A stretch of 64,000 nucleotides of DNA, taken from Camelus ferus (Eukaryota). The stretch is taken from contig NC_045697.1 in the NCBI RefSeq assembly GCF_009834535.1, forward strand, positions 84,198,001-84,262,000. Direction: 5' to 3'. The position numbers were made by a program, and so were the translations under genes. Shown here piece by piece: positions 41,631 to 55,030 of this stretch; positions within the stretch are counted from its first letter, which is position 1, and every line of letters begins with the position of its first letter. The notes beneath the pieces were generated by a model. That model had not been told where the DNA came from. It saw only the letters and a list, made by a program, of their open reading frames with translations, and ran no database searches.

Positions 41631-41732
41631 CGGGGAGGGAAATGGCTCAGTGGTAGAGCACATACTTAGCATGCAGAAGGTCCTGGATTCACTCCCCGGT
41701 ATCTCCAATAAAAATAAATAAATACATAAGCC
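41631..41732 (+). mobile_element. tRNA-derived SINE of camelid Vic-1 type
   Basis: GGGGAGGGAAATGGCTCAGTGGTAGAGCACATACTTAGCATGCAGAAGGTCCTGGATTCACTCCCCGGTATCTCC plus (AATA)n tail; Pol III A box TGGCTCAGTGG and B-box-like GGATTCACTCC. Confidence 0.85.
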
Positions 41733-42213
41733 TAAAAATCCTTTTTAGTGTTTTCTTATTATTATAATCACACTGGGTAGAAATGGTAATATAGTGAATG
41801 TGAAATGAATGTTGAGGATAATTTCAATATTTAGTTTCAGTAAAGGGGAGTTCAGGAAAATTTTAATACTTAGAGTTAGTCTTTATAAAGAAACCTTTCC
41901 TCATCTATGGCCTCTGAAGCACCTTCAGGAGTCACCCACTCCTGTGGTCTCACAGCACAAGGGGATACTTACTGATCGCTCCTACTAGCAGTGAATATTG
42001 AGATTTAAAGAGAATTAGTACATTAGAAAAGTCCACAGCAGCTAGGCCATTTTGGATGCATTAGAAAACGTGTAGACATCCTTAAAAGATATCAGTTCTC
42101 TAAATTTTTAAGTAATTTTGTCTACAGTATTAAAAATGTCTGAAAGGATGATTCAAACAACTCTTCTGGTTGGGAGGAGAAAGGGATGATACACTTTTGT
42201 TGGTCTTTTTAAG

Positions 42214-42366
42214 GATGTGAGAAGCCCTCAATTTATAAGTCAGATAATTCAAAAGAAAATGGATTTGGTGATCAGATAAAACAGAGAGAAAATCAGAAAT
42301 TTCAAGCAGATAATATTTCATCATTTAATCGGAGCCATATTCAAACAAGTGGTGGTAGAGGACCAG
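42214..42366 (+). CDS. USP53: USP53 coding exon 10
   Basis: tttaag|GA+[50 protein letters not shown]+G|gtatgt; 153 nt. Confidence 0.95.
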
Positions 42367-43239
42367 GTATGTATTTAAATTGTCATTTTTACGTTGTCTT
42401 TGAGTAGTTAAGTTTCTCCCTTTCTTCATAGTTAAGCCTGCCTCTTTCTTTACTTAATGAATCTGTAATTCTTAGTAAGGACCAAAAGGAAGGTGCTTAT
42501 TAACTAGCTTTCCTTGGCCATGAAGAGAAAATAACAAGTAGAAACAAAATTCTTTCTTTTGACTTACGGATTTCTCTGAGACCTCTAGTTTTATCTGAAC
42601 AATTTGACCTGACTAGTGTTTGAGTTTCTCCATGCACTCAAGGCTGCACATAGTAGGCTGGAGGCAATCTGGACTGTTACCAAAGAAAGCTAAAATGCAG
42701 CCTTTCCTTAAAGGAGTTAATTATTGTCTTGGGGAGGAAAAACATGAGTTAATAATTTGGCTCATATGCCCAAACTGAATTTATTGTCAAGTGAATGCAA
42801 CAGTAGTTTGAAGTTACTATAGTTGTAGTTTATTTTTAACTTCATTTTTATTCACCTTTCTTGTTATTATCATTACACAACTTTAATTTTCACATACCAA
42901 GTTCTGTGACTAGGGTCAAAATGAGACATCACAGTTTGGTGTGTAGCTATGCTTTACATACAACTCTATTTGGGTGGGTAGTCAGGATGATTTTGTAAGC
43001 AGCTTTTAAATATATTAATAAAATAATGTCTAACCCTAAAAGTAACCCGTTTAAGGGTGGTAAGATTCAAAATTAACGATTATCATTAACAAAGAGCTAC
43101 AATACATGCTTTTAAATGTTCTTAATGGAACTATACCTTTCTCCCTCTCATGTATTATTGATGTTCTTAGAGTAAGCCATTATCTGTTTTTCAAGAATAT
43201 TTTAAGCCTATAGAAACTGTGCATATGTTTAAGAACACA

Positions 43240-43430
43240 AACACTAGAGGCAGACAATTTGACTTCATAATCCTGGTTCTACATATACAAGCTATGTGAA
43301 CTTGGGCAAATTTTTAGCTTTTACATGCTTCCATTTCCCAATCCAAAGCAGACAGTAATTGTACTCATCTCAGAGGATTAAATGAGTTAAGACGCTTAGA
43401 GCAGTGCCTGACTCAGTTACCTTAAGCTCT
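43240..43430 (+). mobile_element. MIR SINE
   Basis: AATCCTGGTTCTAC...GCTATGTGAACTTGGGCAAATT...GAGGATTAAATGAGTTAA...GCTTAGAGCAGTGCCTG. Confidence 0.8.
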
Positions 43431-43669
43431 CATTATTTCAATGAAAAGTCACTTATCCTTCGCGTTCGCTTTAGGAGTTTTTCAAGAAGTTTCAAAAGAC
43501 AACATGCACCTCTGTGTCAGGATAAGCATAAAAATGAATTCATGGTATACTTCAATCTGTGTTTTGTTAATATATAGCATCTTAAAATTTTTATATTGTT
43601 CAGTTTGTGCTTTTATTGAGTACATTTGAAAAATGATCTGTATCTTTATTATAATGGTTTCCTTTACAG

Positions 43670-43816
43670 TTAAATTAAGTCACAATGATCAAAGGGAAAA
43701 AATAAAAGACATTTCCAGAGAATGTGCTCTGAAAGCCATTGAACAAAAGAACTTACTTTCCTCACAAAGGAGAGATTTGGAAAGGGGACAAAGAAAAGAT
43801 TTGGGCAGGCATAGAG
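43670..43816 (+). CDS. USP53: USP53 coding exon 11
   Basis: ttacag|TT+[48 protein letters not shown]+G|gtaagt; 147 nt. Confidence 0.96.
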
Positions 43817-44726
43817 GTAAGTTAAGAGCTTATAGCATTCATTTGAAAAGGGGCAGCTAAAATCTATTTTAAAGCTAACTTTTGTATCTTTCATACAATT
43901 TAATATAATTTGTGTATTATTTAAGTTTATTTATCTATTATATATTTTAGTGTGATTCCTTTAATATACCTATTAAATCTATAAATGTAAAATTTTCCTG
44001 GTTCTTATTCAGTTCTAGCCTGGAATACTTGTGTTTGTTTTGATGTTTTACCTTTACTTTTAACTATAAATTTAATTCACCCATATGGTACATTCAAATG
44101 ATAAGGAATGTTATAAAATTAGTTGGAAAGAGCTTCTTTTTCTGCAGTCCTTCACCTCCATTCTATTCCACTGTTAATAGTTTCTAGTTCATTATGAGCG
44201 TGTCTCACTTTTTATGGTTTTATGCTGTCATCTTTATGGACATAACATAATTTAACTGATGCTGATAGACTCTAAAACTTGATTAAAGATTTTTGGTGCA
44301 GTGACATCTTTGACATATACCTTTGTGTACTTTTAGCATATAGCCATACATAAAATTCTTTCAGAATAATTACTGGGTTAGAGTATGTTTATTTTCAGTT
44401 TTGATAGACGTGGTTCATTTGTCCTCCTAAAATACCTGACAGGCTGTACTCCCACCAACAGTGATTAGATGTCTGTTTCCAGCAGCAATTGGTTTAATAA
44501 ACTTTTATATCTTTACCAATCAATATAAGAGGTAGAAATCATTCATTTTTATGATTTTCATTAATTGTGAATGAGATAGAATACTGTTTTTTTTAAACTG
44601 CTTTAATTATCTTCTGATCTACTTTAGAGAAATTTTTTTTTAAATCATTATGTAACTGTTTATTTTATAAATGCCTCTCATGCAGCATAGAGACTGAAAA
44701 AGCACTTTTCAATCTAAGGCACTGTG

Positions 44727-44840
44727 AAATATGAAAACAAATGTATATATGTATATGCAAGACTGGGACATTGTGCTCTACACCAGAAATTGACACATTA
44801 TAGTTGACTGTACTTCAATAAAAAGTAAATAAAATAAAAT
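44727..44840 (+). mobile_element. Short young L1 3' terminus (same family as 13189-13314)
   Basis: ATATGAAAACAAATGTATATATGTATATGCAAGACTGGGACATTGTGCTCTACACCAGAAATTGACAC...ACTTCAATAAAA. Confidence 0.85.
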
Positions 44841-44984
44841 ACTATGTGATTTAATTTAAATAATTATTATTTATCTATTACTGTTTAACATTTCTTCTCA
44901 AACAAGGTATATGGCTTGTGACTAAAAAGTGAACTACTGAAGAGTAGTTCATTTGTATCCTTATTTACTTATTTATTTTTAAAG

Positions 44985-45714
44985 ATTTGGTTGATGACGA
45001 CCTTCCACATTTCAAGTCTGGATCACCTCCTGCCCCAAATGGCTTTAGACAATATGGGAGTCCACATCTGTATCATAGTCAAGGAAAAGGACCATGCAAA
45101 CATGACCGAATTGCCCAGCAGAGTCGAGCTTCTGCACAAACGTTAAGTTCAAGTAAATCCCAGATTCTTGCTCCAGGAGAGAAAATAACTGGCAAAGTTA
45201 AGAGTGACAGTGGCACTGGATATGAAACAGACAGCAGCCAAGATTCTAGGGATAAAGGGAGCAGCTATAACGGTAGCAGTAAAAGCCGGAACCGAGGTTG
45301 GAAACCTATGAGAGAAACATTAAATGTTGATAGTATTTTTGATGAAAGTGAAAAAAGGCAGCACAGTCCAAGACATAAGTCAAATATTAGTAACAAACCT
45401 AAATGTAGCAAAGATCAGAGTTTTAATGATTGGCCAAAACAGAATCCAAAGCAAAAATGTTTAATGACTATATATGAAGATGAAATGAAGCAGGAAACAG
45501 GAAGCAGGAGTTCCCTTGAATTTAATGGAAAAGGAGCAGACAAAAATAAAGGCCTCAAAGTTCATGGTGACAATTGGCAGATGCAAAGGACTGAATCTGG
45601 ATATGAAAGCAGTGATCATATCAGTAATGGATCTGCTAATTTGGACTCACCTGGTATCGATGGAAATGGTACAGTAATGGATATCAGTGGTGTTAAAGAA
45701 ACAGCATCCTTCAG
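44985..45714 (+). CDS. USP53: USP53 coding exon 12
   Basis: ttaaag|AT+[20 protein letters not shown]...[18 protein letters not shown]...[11 protein letters not shown]...KETASF+AG|gtaata; 730 nt; coincides with ORF 44987-45718. Confidence 0.97.
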
Positions 45715-46770
45715 GTAATACACAGATTAAATGAATGATTTTCCCCCTACCATGCTCTCTTATTAATTATTTGAAGTAACTTTCAAAGTTTGGGGCCAAT
45801 TAAAGTAAAGGAAAGAGCTTGAGCTCAGAGTAACCTGGGATGTTACGGGTTATTTGATATTTCAAGTTTCTATTTTTAATAGTTATTTCCTGATTCCAAA
45901 GATAACAACTATTTATTTTTAGGAAATTTAGAAAGAAAAGAAATACATTATAATTGTTGCCACCAAAACTATTGATATATACTACAGGTTTTAAACCATA
46001 GATTTAAATTGGTATATCTCAGTCAGTAAGCTAATTGCTTAGTTCTTCAGTCTGTCTAATGCTCATTGTCCTGTCTCTGACATCTCTAACTCACAACTGG
46101 GATTATTTTCTGCTGTCACAACTAGTTCCATGGAAGAGATATTTTTTCTTTTAGCAAATACAAAAGAATACAGTGAAATAACTGTTTGTGTTCAATTAAT
46201 TTTTAATTAATTCTGCAAACATATATTACTGTTAACAGCCTATTTGCGCTTCTCTGTATAACCTCTAAAACATGTCCACAGCTTAGGATAATTTAGCCAG
46301 GATTTGTTTTTAATCGATCTAAAATGTCTTGAGTTGATATTAGCTGGTGTTTTACCACATTATTAAAAAGCCAGATTTGCAAAAAATAACCTCTCTTCTA
46401 TTATTAAAATAATCATTGTAATAAAGACTTAGTAAAACATTTTTATTTGGCAGAGGAACTTCATAATACTTCTTAGAAAGGAGTAGCCTAGGAATCAGAA
46501 AGATCAGGACTTTGTAACCCAGATAGGCTTAGATTTTAATTATTGGGCAAATTAATTTGACTTTCACAGCTTTAATCTCCTATTGTAAAATGAAGATAAT
46601 AACTATTTTTAAGTGTTGTTGTGAGATGTAAACTAATAATGTACATTAATCCCCTGTTAGAAGAGCACATGGCATATCTTAAATGTTATGTGATGTCCTT
46701 TTTCTTAGGATAAACTAAATCATACCCCATGATAGCTGATGTGTTCGGTATGTTTTGTTCTATTTTCTAG

Positions 46771-46847
46771 TGACCAGATTAAGACAGGCAACCTAAACAC
46801 AGAACGTGTGAACTGTACCTCCCAACAGAGCAAAAACCACTTGGAAG
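46771..46847 (+). CDS. USP53: USP53 coding exon 13
   Basis: ttctag|T+DQIKTGNLNTERVNCTSQQSKNHLE+G|gtaaaa; 77 nt; phases fit both neighbours. Confidence 0.93.
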
Positions 46848-47020
46848 GTAAAAATTTTATTTAAGTAGATTATAATAGTAGCAGTAAAGAATAAATTGTG
46901 GTATTAAGAGTAAAGAAGGTAAGGATTGTCCTATTACTGATGAGTTTATGAACAATGAGGATGGTTGAAGTCTTTAAAAGGATGGGAATTGCTACTTCAG
47001 GGACCAGGAATAGGGGGAAT

Positions 47021-47390
47021 TGTGTCGGTCAGGATAGGCTAGGTTCTGGGCTGTGCAGTGGTAACAACTTCAAAATCTCAGTGTCTTAACACAAGTTTGT
47101 TTCTTGCTCACAATACGTGTCCAGTGGAGGTCAGCATGAAGTCTCTTCCTAGTAATCATTCAAGGCCCCAGGCTAATGGGACTCTATCTCCACAAATACT
47201 GCTCTGATCATTGCGGTACTGGGGGAGGAGGGGCTTGAAGAGGGACACAGCATGGAGAGTCGTGTGTAAGCTCTTAAACTTTCAGTCCAGAAGTGACACA
47301 TGTGCTTCCATTCACATCTCATTGGCCAAGGCAAGTCTTACAGCCAGGCCTGATTTCAAACAGTGTAGACAAGTGCAATTTACATGTCTA
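47021..47390. mobile_element. Old MaLR LTR (MLT1J/K-type)
   Basis: GTCAGGATAGGCTAGG...AAAATCTCAGTGTCTTAACACAAG...CAGAAGTGACACA...CTCATTGGCCAAGGCAAGTC. Confidence 0.7.
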
Positions 47391-48174
47391 GCACAGGAGT
47401 TAAGGACAGATAGAAAAACTGATAAACAGCCTCCTGGAAAAGTTCAGTTTGGAAAGAATAAATATGTAATGGTGTGGCATTATTATAGGTGATTGGTTAG
47501 CAACACACAGCAGCCCAGAAACAAAGAAAACTAGATGTTTGAATGTATTCAGGATTTGGGATTGTTACTGAAAGGAGATATACCTGAAGGATTTGGGGGA
47601 CAGGGATCAAGAAGAATGATGACCAAGGAGATTATTGAGATTGCAATCAAAGGCATTGTTTTCATATTTTAGAATTCAGAGGATTAGAAGGGACACAGTT
47701 TTTCCACAATAAAAAATAGCCAGGAAGAACACACTTTAAAGTTTGTTTTTAGTCTTTATCATCTTTAAGGCTTTTGTGCAGATTATTTTTCAGGTTGCAG
47801 ACACTGAATATGATTAAATGTTTATTTTGTTTTCATCAAATGGTATAATATCAGAAGGAAACACTTATATTAAGGAAATAACCTTCCTTTCCCATATAAA
47901 ATGTCTCGCCTGTTTTAAAAATCTGATAAAAGTCTGGTAACACCAAGTATCACAGGAAACAGTAAAGGGCTGGCCAGAAATCAACAGCAGAAGTCGGTGA
48001 ATTTGAACAATAACTGCAAGTTCAGTGCTCTTTACAAAATGATGCTTGCTTCCTGATATTAATAAAAGCACAAGGTCATAGAGATTGTGATGGTCAGGAG
48101 TGCATTGCTATAAGAGCTTTGTAGTGGCTTTCCCCACTTAATATGAAAGACTGTGTATGTAGCCCACTTAAAAA

Positions 48175-48580
48175 TAATTTTTTTTCTTGTAAAATATGCA
48201 TAACGAACTTTGTTATTGTAACCGTTTTTAAGTGACAGTTGAATGGTATTAAGTACATTCACATTGTTTTGCCACCATTACTACCATCTGTCTCCATAAG
48301 TCTTTCATCTTCTCAAATTGAAACTGCCTGTGAACTCCCCATTTCCTCCTCCCCACATCCCCTAGCAAGCACCATTCTACTCTCTGTCTCTGTGAATTTG
48401 ACTCCTCTAGGTACCTCATACTGGTAGAATCATTCAGTCTTGTCTTTTTTGCAACTGGTTTATTTCATGTAGCACAATGTCTTCAGAGTTCATCCATGTT
48501 GTAGTGTGTGTTAGAATTTCATTCCTTTTTAAGGCTGAGTGATATTACATTATATGATATAACATATTTTGTTTATTTTC
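48175..48580 (-). mobile_element. L1 (L1MB-type) 3' end
   Basis: GGTATTAAGTACATTCACATTGTT...ACCATTCTACTCTCTGTCTCTGTGAATTTGACTCCTCTAGGTACCTCATA...TTCCTTTTTAAGGCTGAGT. Confidence 0.85.
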
Positions 48581-48929
48581 CTATTTTGGATTTCAATAAG
48601 TTTTCAATATTATACAAATTTATATGATGGTAGAGAACTTTATAATAATGCCATTGTAATTATCTCACTAATAGTTTCTCATTGATAGAGAGATTATACA
48701 GCCTGTCTCATTATGGGTTCTGCTACAAAAAAAAACATACCTACACTGCTAAAGCTATTACTTGGGAACATTGTTGAAATTCCACAATGCCATTTAGATT
48801 ATTTTAGCTCCTCTTTTAAAAATGGCTCTCTAATGGGGAGAATTTCAAATGCCTTAAATTACATTCAAGACAGAAGAAATGACATGTTCAAAAGCACTTG
48901 GTCAGGAAAAAATATTACATATTGGACGA

Positions 48930-49880
48930 ATACGTAGTTTGGTTTATGCAGGGCTGGAATGCATAGATGGAAATTGCGAAATGATGGATGGAGGATAGAT
49001 AGAAGCCAAATCATGATGAAACTTCTTTGCTATTTTTAAATCCTACAGTAAGTGGAAAGGCACCACAGGACGAGGAGAGTAGCATACTCCAGTTTGCATT
49101 TTAGAAAGGACTCTTTGGTGGCAGTGCAGAGGGTGCATTTGGAGTGGTGGGAGAGAAATTAGTTGGATGACTACTTTAATAGCCTAGGGAAAAGATGAGA
49201 GTGTAAACTAAGGCAGTATCAGTGTGAAGAAAGAAGATTTGAAAGATTGTAAGAATAAGAGGACAGTGGAATCAGCTTTTTTGACGAGACATACAGAATA
49301 GGGGAAAAGGAAAAGTTGGGGGTGGCTGTATTTGGGCCTTATGTAAGTAGATTCACCATTCACCTAATGGAGGAATATAGGAAGAAGGAATAAATTTTGG
49401 GAGTGAGAGAGGATGCCAAATTTATTTTGAGGTTTGTCATCTAGGTAAATAGATTTATTAGGCAGTTAGGAATATATGTCTGGAAAGCAGGAAAGATTAT
49501 GTTTTGGTAGCCATCAACAAATGTGAAAATTGAATGCCATAGACATGGACAATATCACTCAAGAAAATGGGAGATTTGGGGGCAAAAAATAGACGAAGGA
49601 ACATGACTTTTGCTAAGTAAAAGGGATGAGCTAAGGATAGAGAGAAGGAGCAACTAAAGAAAAGAATGAAGAGTTATCTAGAAGGTATGAGAAAATACAG
49701 GAGAGGGAGTTATTACAGGAAAATGGGGAGTTTCAAGAAGAAAAGTGGTCACAGATTAAGCCGAATAAGGAATAAAAAGTGCCAGTTTGAATTAGGAGTT
49801 AGTAAGTCATTAGTGACACAGTAAGAGTGGCATTAGAGGAACATTAGAATAGGAGCAAGACTGAGGTGGGACTGAAGTGT
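48930..49880. mobile_element. L2 remnant
   Basis: TTTGCATTTTAGAAAGGACTCTTTGGTGGCAGTGCAGAGG and further purine-rich L2-like sequence. Confidence 0.6.
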
Positions 49881-52282
49881 TTGGAAGTAAAGGGCCATGA
49901 TATTTGTAACTCACTCTCAAATGGGGATCAGAATTTAAATGGAGTAAAATGTTAATAAGTGAATCTGAGTGAAGGATATACAGGAAGGTATTTGTGGTAG
50001 TTTTAATCATTCAAGGTCAATCTTTTTTGAACTTTTTGAAATAATCTCCAAATAGAAGGTTTTTCAAAAAAGATTACAGCAGAATAAGAAGTAAATAAAT
50101 GGATTTAGCACATGTCTGTCAAAACCTTTGCTGTGAATAGCAATGAAGCCATACCTAGAGGAAAAAAATGAAACCAAGAACTTAGTTTTGCACTTATGCT
50201 ACAGAGGGTAAGGAACTAATGATGTACAGAGGATGAGAAAGGTGTGAAGAGAAGAATAGAATAGCACAATAATTGATGGAGTAAGATCTCTGGAGGTAGC
50301 TGCTGAATTAAAGGAGTAGTAGTTTTTTTGTAATGGGAGAGAAAGGTGAGTGTGGGTACCACACAGTGTGTATTGTGTGTACCTCATGAACTCTTCTCTA
50401 TGGAGCAAGGTTATCTACTGAAATTAAATATACATTAGGATATTCACAGATTATACATGACAAATCACAAAGGAATTATTAGGTCTTTCAAAAAACTTTG
50501 TTTGCCATTTACTTTGGAGTCTGCAATACTTGGCTTAATCTCAGTTAATCATAGAAATCCGGATTACTTCAAGCTGAGAATCTTGATCTTGACAAATAAG
50601 AGTGAAAGAAGTTAATCAGTGGTCAAAAAAACTTGTTAATTTCCTTAATTCTTATTCTTAAAAAATATCTGTACTTGCACTATGTTAAGTGAAATATACT
50701 ACCCTTCATGTTAAATCCTAAAATTAGAAAATGAAAAAAACTTTATTGGAAGAGTTTCTTCCTGTACACAAGTGTGATTATTTTCTCCAAGATGTTTTTG
50801 GCAAACTGCAGAGTATGTATACATTTAAAATAAATACATTAGAAAGTATACTTAGACAACGAGGTACTTTTAGCAGTTGATTTTGTTTTTATATGTTGAA
50901 GTATCTCTCTACTCCTTTTGGCATACAGTTTAAATTTAGCCAGAAATATCTATCCAGTTAAATTTTGTGATTTTTCTAAAGTATTCAAATTTTATTTAAA
51001 TGTAATTTTATCATAAATCAGGCCATTGACTAGGTTATTACTCTTGAATGTTTAGTTTTTGTAACTGCAGTTATTATTATAATCAAAGCTCCCTATACCA
51101 CAAGATTAGGGTCACAGTGTCTAGACTAGCAGTTTGGTTTTACTGCTGTGTAAGTCTGTTTTAAACCTAGGTCATCTTTTCAGCTGAAGTATATGTATTT
51201 TGATTTCTTGACTCTTGGGCTTTAGGTTTTTTTGTATGTAGTATCAAAATTAGCATTATTAATTAAAGCTTCTTCCCTTGATGTTGAAGTAGCTTCCATG
51301 CAAAGTGTTAAAATGCGACTATCTTAGATTTGCAAAGAACCAGGAGCCAAAATTCCCATTAAAGACACATGGATGCCTGTGTCAGCAGAAGAGAAAAATA
51401 ACACATCTATTTTTAAGTTAGTTGGAATTCTGAAGTCAAACCACTTGGTTGAATGCCTGCCATAGTGATATTAAAATTTCAAACATATTTATGAAACCTC
51501 TGCTGCCTCCTGCTGCCCATTGTGTGGATACTTTAATAAAACTAAATAATTCTTTAAGAATGAAGTATTTGCTTTTTCTTGTGCTTTTGAGTATTAAACT
51601 TGAAGTTATGGGTAAGTGAAAAAGTATAATAAACATTCTCAAGTCAAAATCACAGTGAGTGGGAAATTTATAATGTAACGTCAACTTACAAATTTTTAAG
51701 ACTTTAAAGACTTTACAGACTTGAAAAATAATCAAGGTTCTTTTTGACAGCAATTTAAAAAAAATCATTAGGTAACCATCAAAGACAGGCTTAGTTTTTG
51801 AGCCTCAGGCATTGTGTCAACTTGACAAGCAACTAAGGCTCTCTGGGGTAAAATATATTGCCTTTTATTTTTGCGACTTTATTACTATGGCACTTAGTAG
51901 ACTTACAAATAGGTTGGCAGAGGTGGGGAAGGTAAGAAGAATTTTTCTCCATTTATACTTACCTTGTCCTGGATCAGTGAGTTGGGAATATGGTGGACAG
52001 AGTGGGGATGATTTAAAAGAAGAAAAAACAGTATGTCTTTCATTTTTATTGGGAGCTGTCAATTACTGTGTGAGCAATATGACATAAAGAATATTAATTT
52101 ATCATGTATATTACACCAGTTTTTCTTGGAAATTACTTCCAAGGTTTAACTTACAGAGTCAGTTAATAATCAGTATAGGTTTTTTAAAATAGGGTGATGT
52201 TTAGATATTTTGATAGATTCCAATTGAATTTTGAGGGACAGGGTAGTTTTTAAAAAATGTATGTAGAACATCAATTTTGGGA

Positions 52283-52355
52283 TAAAAAGGCATCTAAAAT
52301 AAAGTTCTGTTATTATGTAAAAAGGCATCTAAAATAAAGTTCTGTTATATGTAAA
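52283..52355. repeat. Tandem duplication of about 35 bp
   Basis: TAAAAAGGCATCTAAAATAAAGTTCTGTTATTATG (52283-52317) followed by TAAAAAGGCATCTAAAATAAAGTTCTGTTATATG (52318-52351). Confidence 0.95.
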
Positions 52356-53139
52356 GTTGCTGCTTTTAATAGTTTGATTTTGTTTTCCTTGCAGTCATCA
52401 GTTCACAGATTTGGTGGGCAGTAGACTAGAAGCATGAGAACAAGAGGAAACATAAATTAACATGATGAAAAGGCAAACTAAAAATAAGGGAAAATACAGA
52501 AAAATTTACTGGAATTGTACAGAAGTATAGGCAGTGCACTAAAAATTCAATCTAATGCCATATATTTTGGTATTTTCTATGGGCATCACCACATTGAAGT
52601 GTATTAAGTTGTTTGATGTTCAAACTAATGGCCTAGTTTCATCAGAAGGAGATTCTGTACAATGACCTTGTGTTTTAGTGGCATATGTGAAAGAGGGCTT
52701 ACAGGTAGTGGCTTTGAAGTTGACCCTGGACTGGTTTGAGTGCTGCACCAGCTTTCTGGCATTAGTTAGGTCACTTAACTTCCATAAGTCTCAATTCCTT
52801 GGGTATAAAAAGGGAAGTTACTTCACAGAATAGTTGTAACTCAGATTTTAAAAAGATGCCTCTTTGCAACCAGCTGGAACAGTTGTTTTCATAGGTATTG
52901 AAGGCCTCAAACAGCTTTTGTTGCTATAGGTTGTATCTATTAATTTTGCTGTATTAGGCATTAAAGCTAAAAATTCAAAATATTTATTCGTTGAAAGAAT
53001 GAATAAATCCTTTTACTCATGCATGATTTTGAAACATCCATGTATCTTCATTTGAAAATACTGGTTTGCTAAATTATGCAAGTCTTCCAATTGTTGATAC
53101 ATTTCTTTCTGTATTTTTTAAAAGAACATATTTTTAAGT

Positions 53140-53390
53140 ATCACCACAGATATTAGCAGAAAGTCCTTATAACTATTGAGAAACTATGAAAGTCGTGGTT
53201 GTAAATACAAATTTTTCAAAACTCTTACGTTCATCTAAAAGCTTGAATTTTTATCATTGGCAGTAAATAGTGCCAGTTGCTTTCCTGGGAGTGTGACAGG
53301 TTCACGTCTTTCATTTTCAAGGAAATTTTCTGACAGATACCCAAACCAAAGTTTGTTCATTGTCTTTTCAAGTAAAAATGGTGCTCAGTT
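53140..53390. mobile_element. hAT-Tip100 DNA transposon fragment (Zaphod-like)
   Basis: AAAAGCTTGAATTTTTATCATTGGCA...GTGACAGGTTCAC...CAGATACCCAA...TTTCAAGTAAAAATGGTG resembles recalled Zaphod internal sequence. Confidence 0.5.
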
Positions 53391-54001
53391 GTAAAGATTA
53401 GATGAAATGATTATTATCAACTTCTTACAACTTGAGTAAGCAGTCAGTAAGGGTAGCTAGTTAGTGATGGGATAACATTTTATGTGTTACAATACCCTCC
53501 CACTCATTCAAATTCAGTTGATGTTCCTACTATTCCTGTGAGATAGGTAAATAGGTATCAGAATCTCATTACTTAAATGAGGAAACCGAGACTGTAAGGT
53601 TGTAAAGTTTGTTGTGAGATTGTAAAGTTACCAACCAATAAGCAGTGAATCCAAACTTCAGCTCAAGTCGTCTATCTTCAAATGTGAGGTTTTTGCCACC
53701 ATTTTCCCAGTAAAGAGTAAACAGAGGAAACCCGGCTCCACATGATGCATCAGGAATAGCACTTTTTGGACATGGCTGACATTTTCAAGTGATAATAAAT
53801 TGAGAAGAGAACCACTAATTTTGTAAAAAGGGTTTAGAAAAGAGTTACTATTTGAGCTGAGTCTTGAAGAATTAGTTTTTGTCTGTTAATTAGAAGAGAA
53901 TTACCTGTTTATAGAAAACCTTGTATAAATTATGGAGAAGTACAGCTGGAGTAAATTCTACAAGATCACTTAAAGAATTTTTTTCCTCTCTCCCTCTTCA
54001 G

Positions 54002-54095
54002 GTTTTAGAAAAGAATTCAAGAACTTGGAAGTAGGCTGTAAATCTGAGTTCCACCCAGAATCACATCTACAAATAAAAAATCCATTGATAAAAAG
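54002..54095 (+). CDS. USP53: USP53 coding exon 14
   Basis: Long polypyrimidine tract then cttcag|GT+[30 protein letters not shown]+AG|gtaatc; 94 nt. Confidence 0.94.
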
Positions 54096-55030
54096 GTAAT
54101 CACAGCTATTTGGGATACTAAAATCTTTTTAAATTAAATGTATGTATTATAGGGACTCTATCAGAAAGGCATATGAACATATTACTACTCTGAAAGCAGT
54201 GGGTCTATAGTATTATGATGCATATCTTGTTGGGATCATTAAAAGGTTGTAGCCCTTAATGAGAGGGGGCCTACAAAGTACCTGGCACTATATATGGTTG
54301 TATTTTTTAATCCTCACAGCATTGTCTTGAGGTAGATGGTATTTTACAAAAGAGAAAATTTGGGGCATAGATTAAGTAATTTGCCCAAAGTAGAGGAGTT
54401 GAGGTTTGAATGTAGCTTTTATCTACCTAACAGAGAGTCAACTCTTTTCATCTCTGCTCTAACTGAATTCTGTGCAATTCACGTGAGGAAAATAATTTAA
54501 TCATATGAAGATACATAATTTGCAATGTGATATCATTTATCTTCATCTTAGAAGTTAATTATTACTTAAAGGTAATCTTGACTGGATAAATTATTTTTAA
54601 TTAGTATACTATCCTTATAGCATTATATATCAAAGTTGAAGTACCTCTATTGCTATAAACTTTGTAACTTTGGCTGGGAAGTGTTGAATTATTTGCTTGT
54701 AACATTTTCCATAAATCTGTGCTATATCTTATCACAGTAAATGTAATTTCAGTGTTTGTAAGTTGAAATTTGTTTTTTTTTTAATTATACTTCCAATTAT
54801 TAGAAATCTGAATTTGGTAATGACAGGTGTTTCTGGTAAACATTAATGTATTCTGGCATAAAGATTTTGGATTCAGAGAATGTAAAATGTTAATGGTTGC
54901 AAATAGCTTTCCATTTCTGTTTTTATGTTATGTAAATAACATCAATACTATATTAGGAAGTTAAACTACAGGACAAAAACTTGTTTTGCATATTTGCATT
55001 TGGTGTTTTAGCTTTGTTTCTATATTTCAG

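Noticed and set aside
41631..41706. tRNA gene
   Set aside because: A and B boxes are present, but stem pairing is degenerate and an (AATA)n tail follows; this is a SINE.
44955..44962. GTATCCTT, the U12-type donor consensus
   Set aside because: It lies inside the polypyrimidine region of a normal U2 acceptor with no exon upstream of it. All mapped USP53 introns fit U2 GT-AG.
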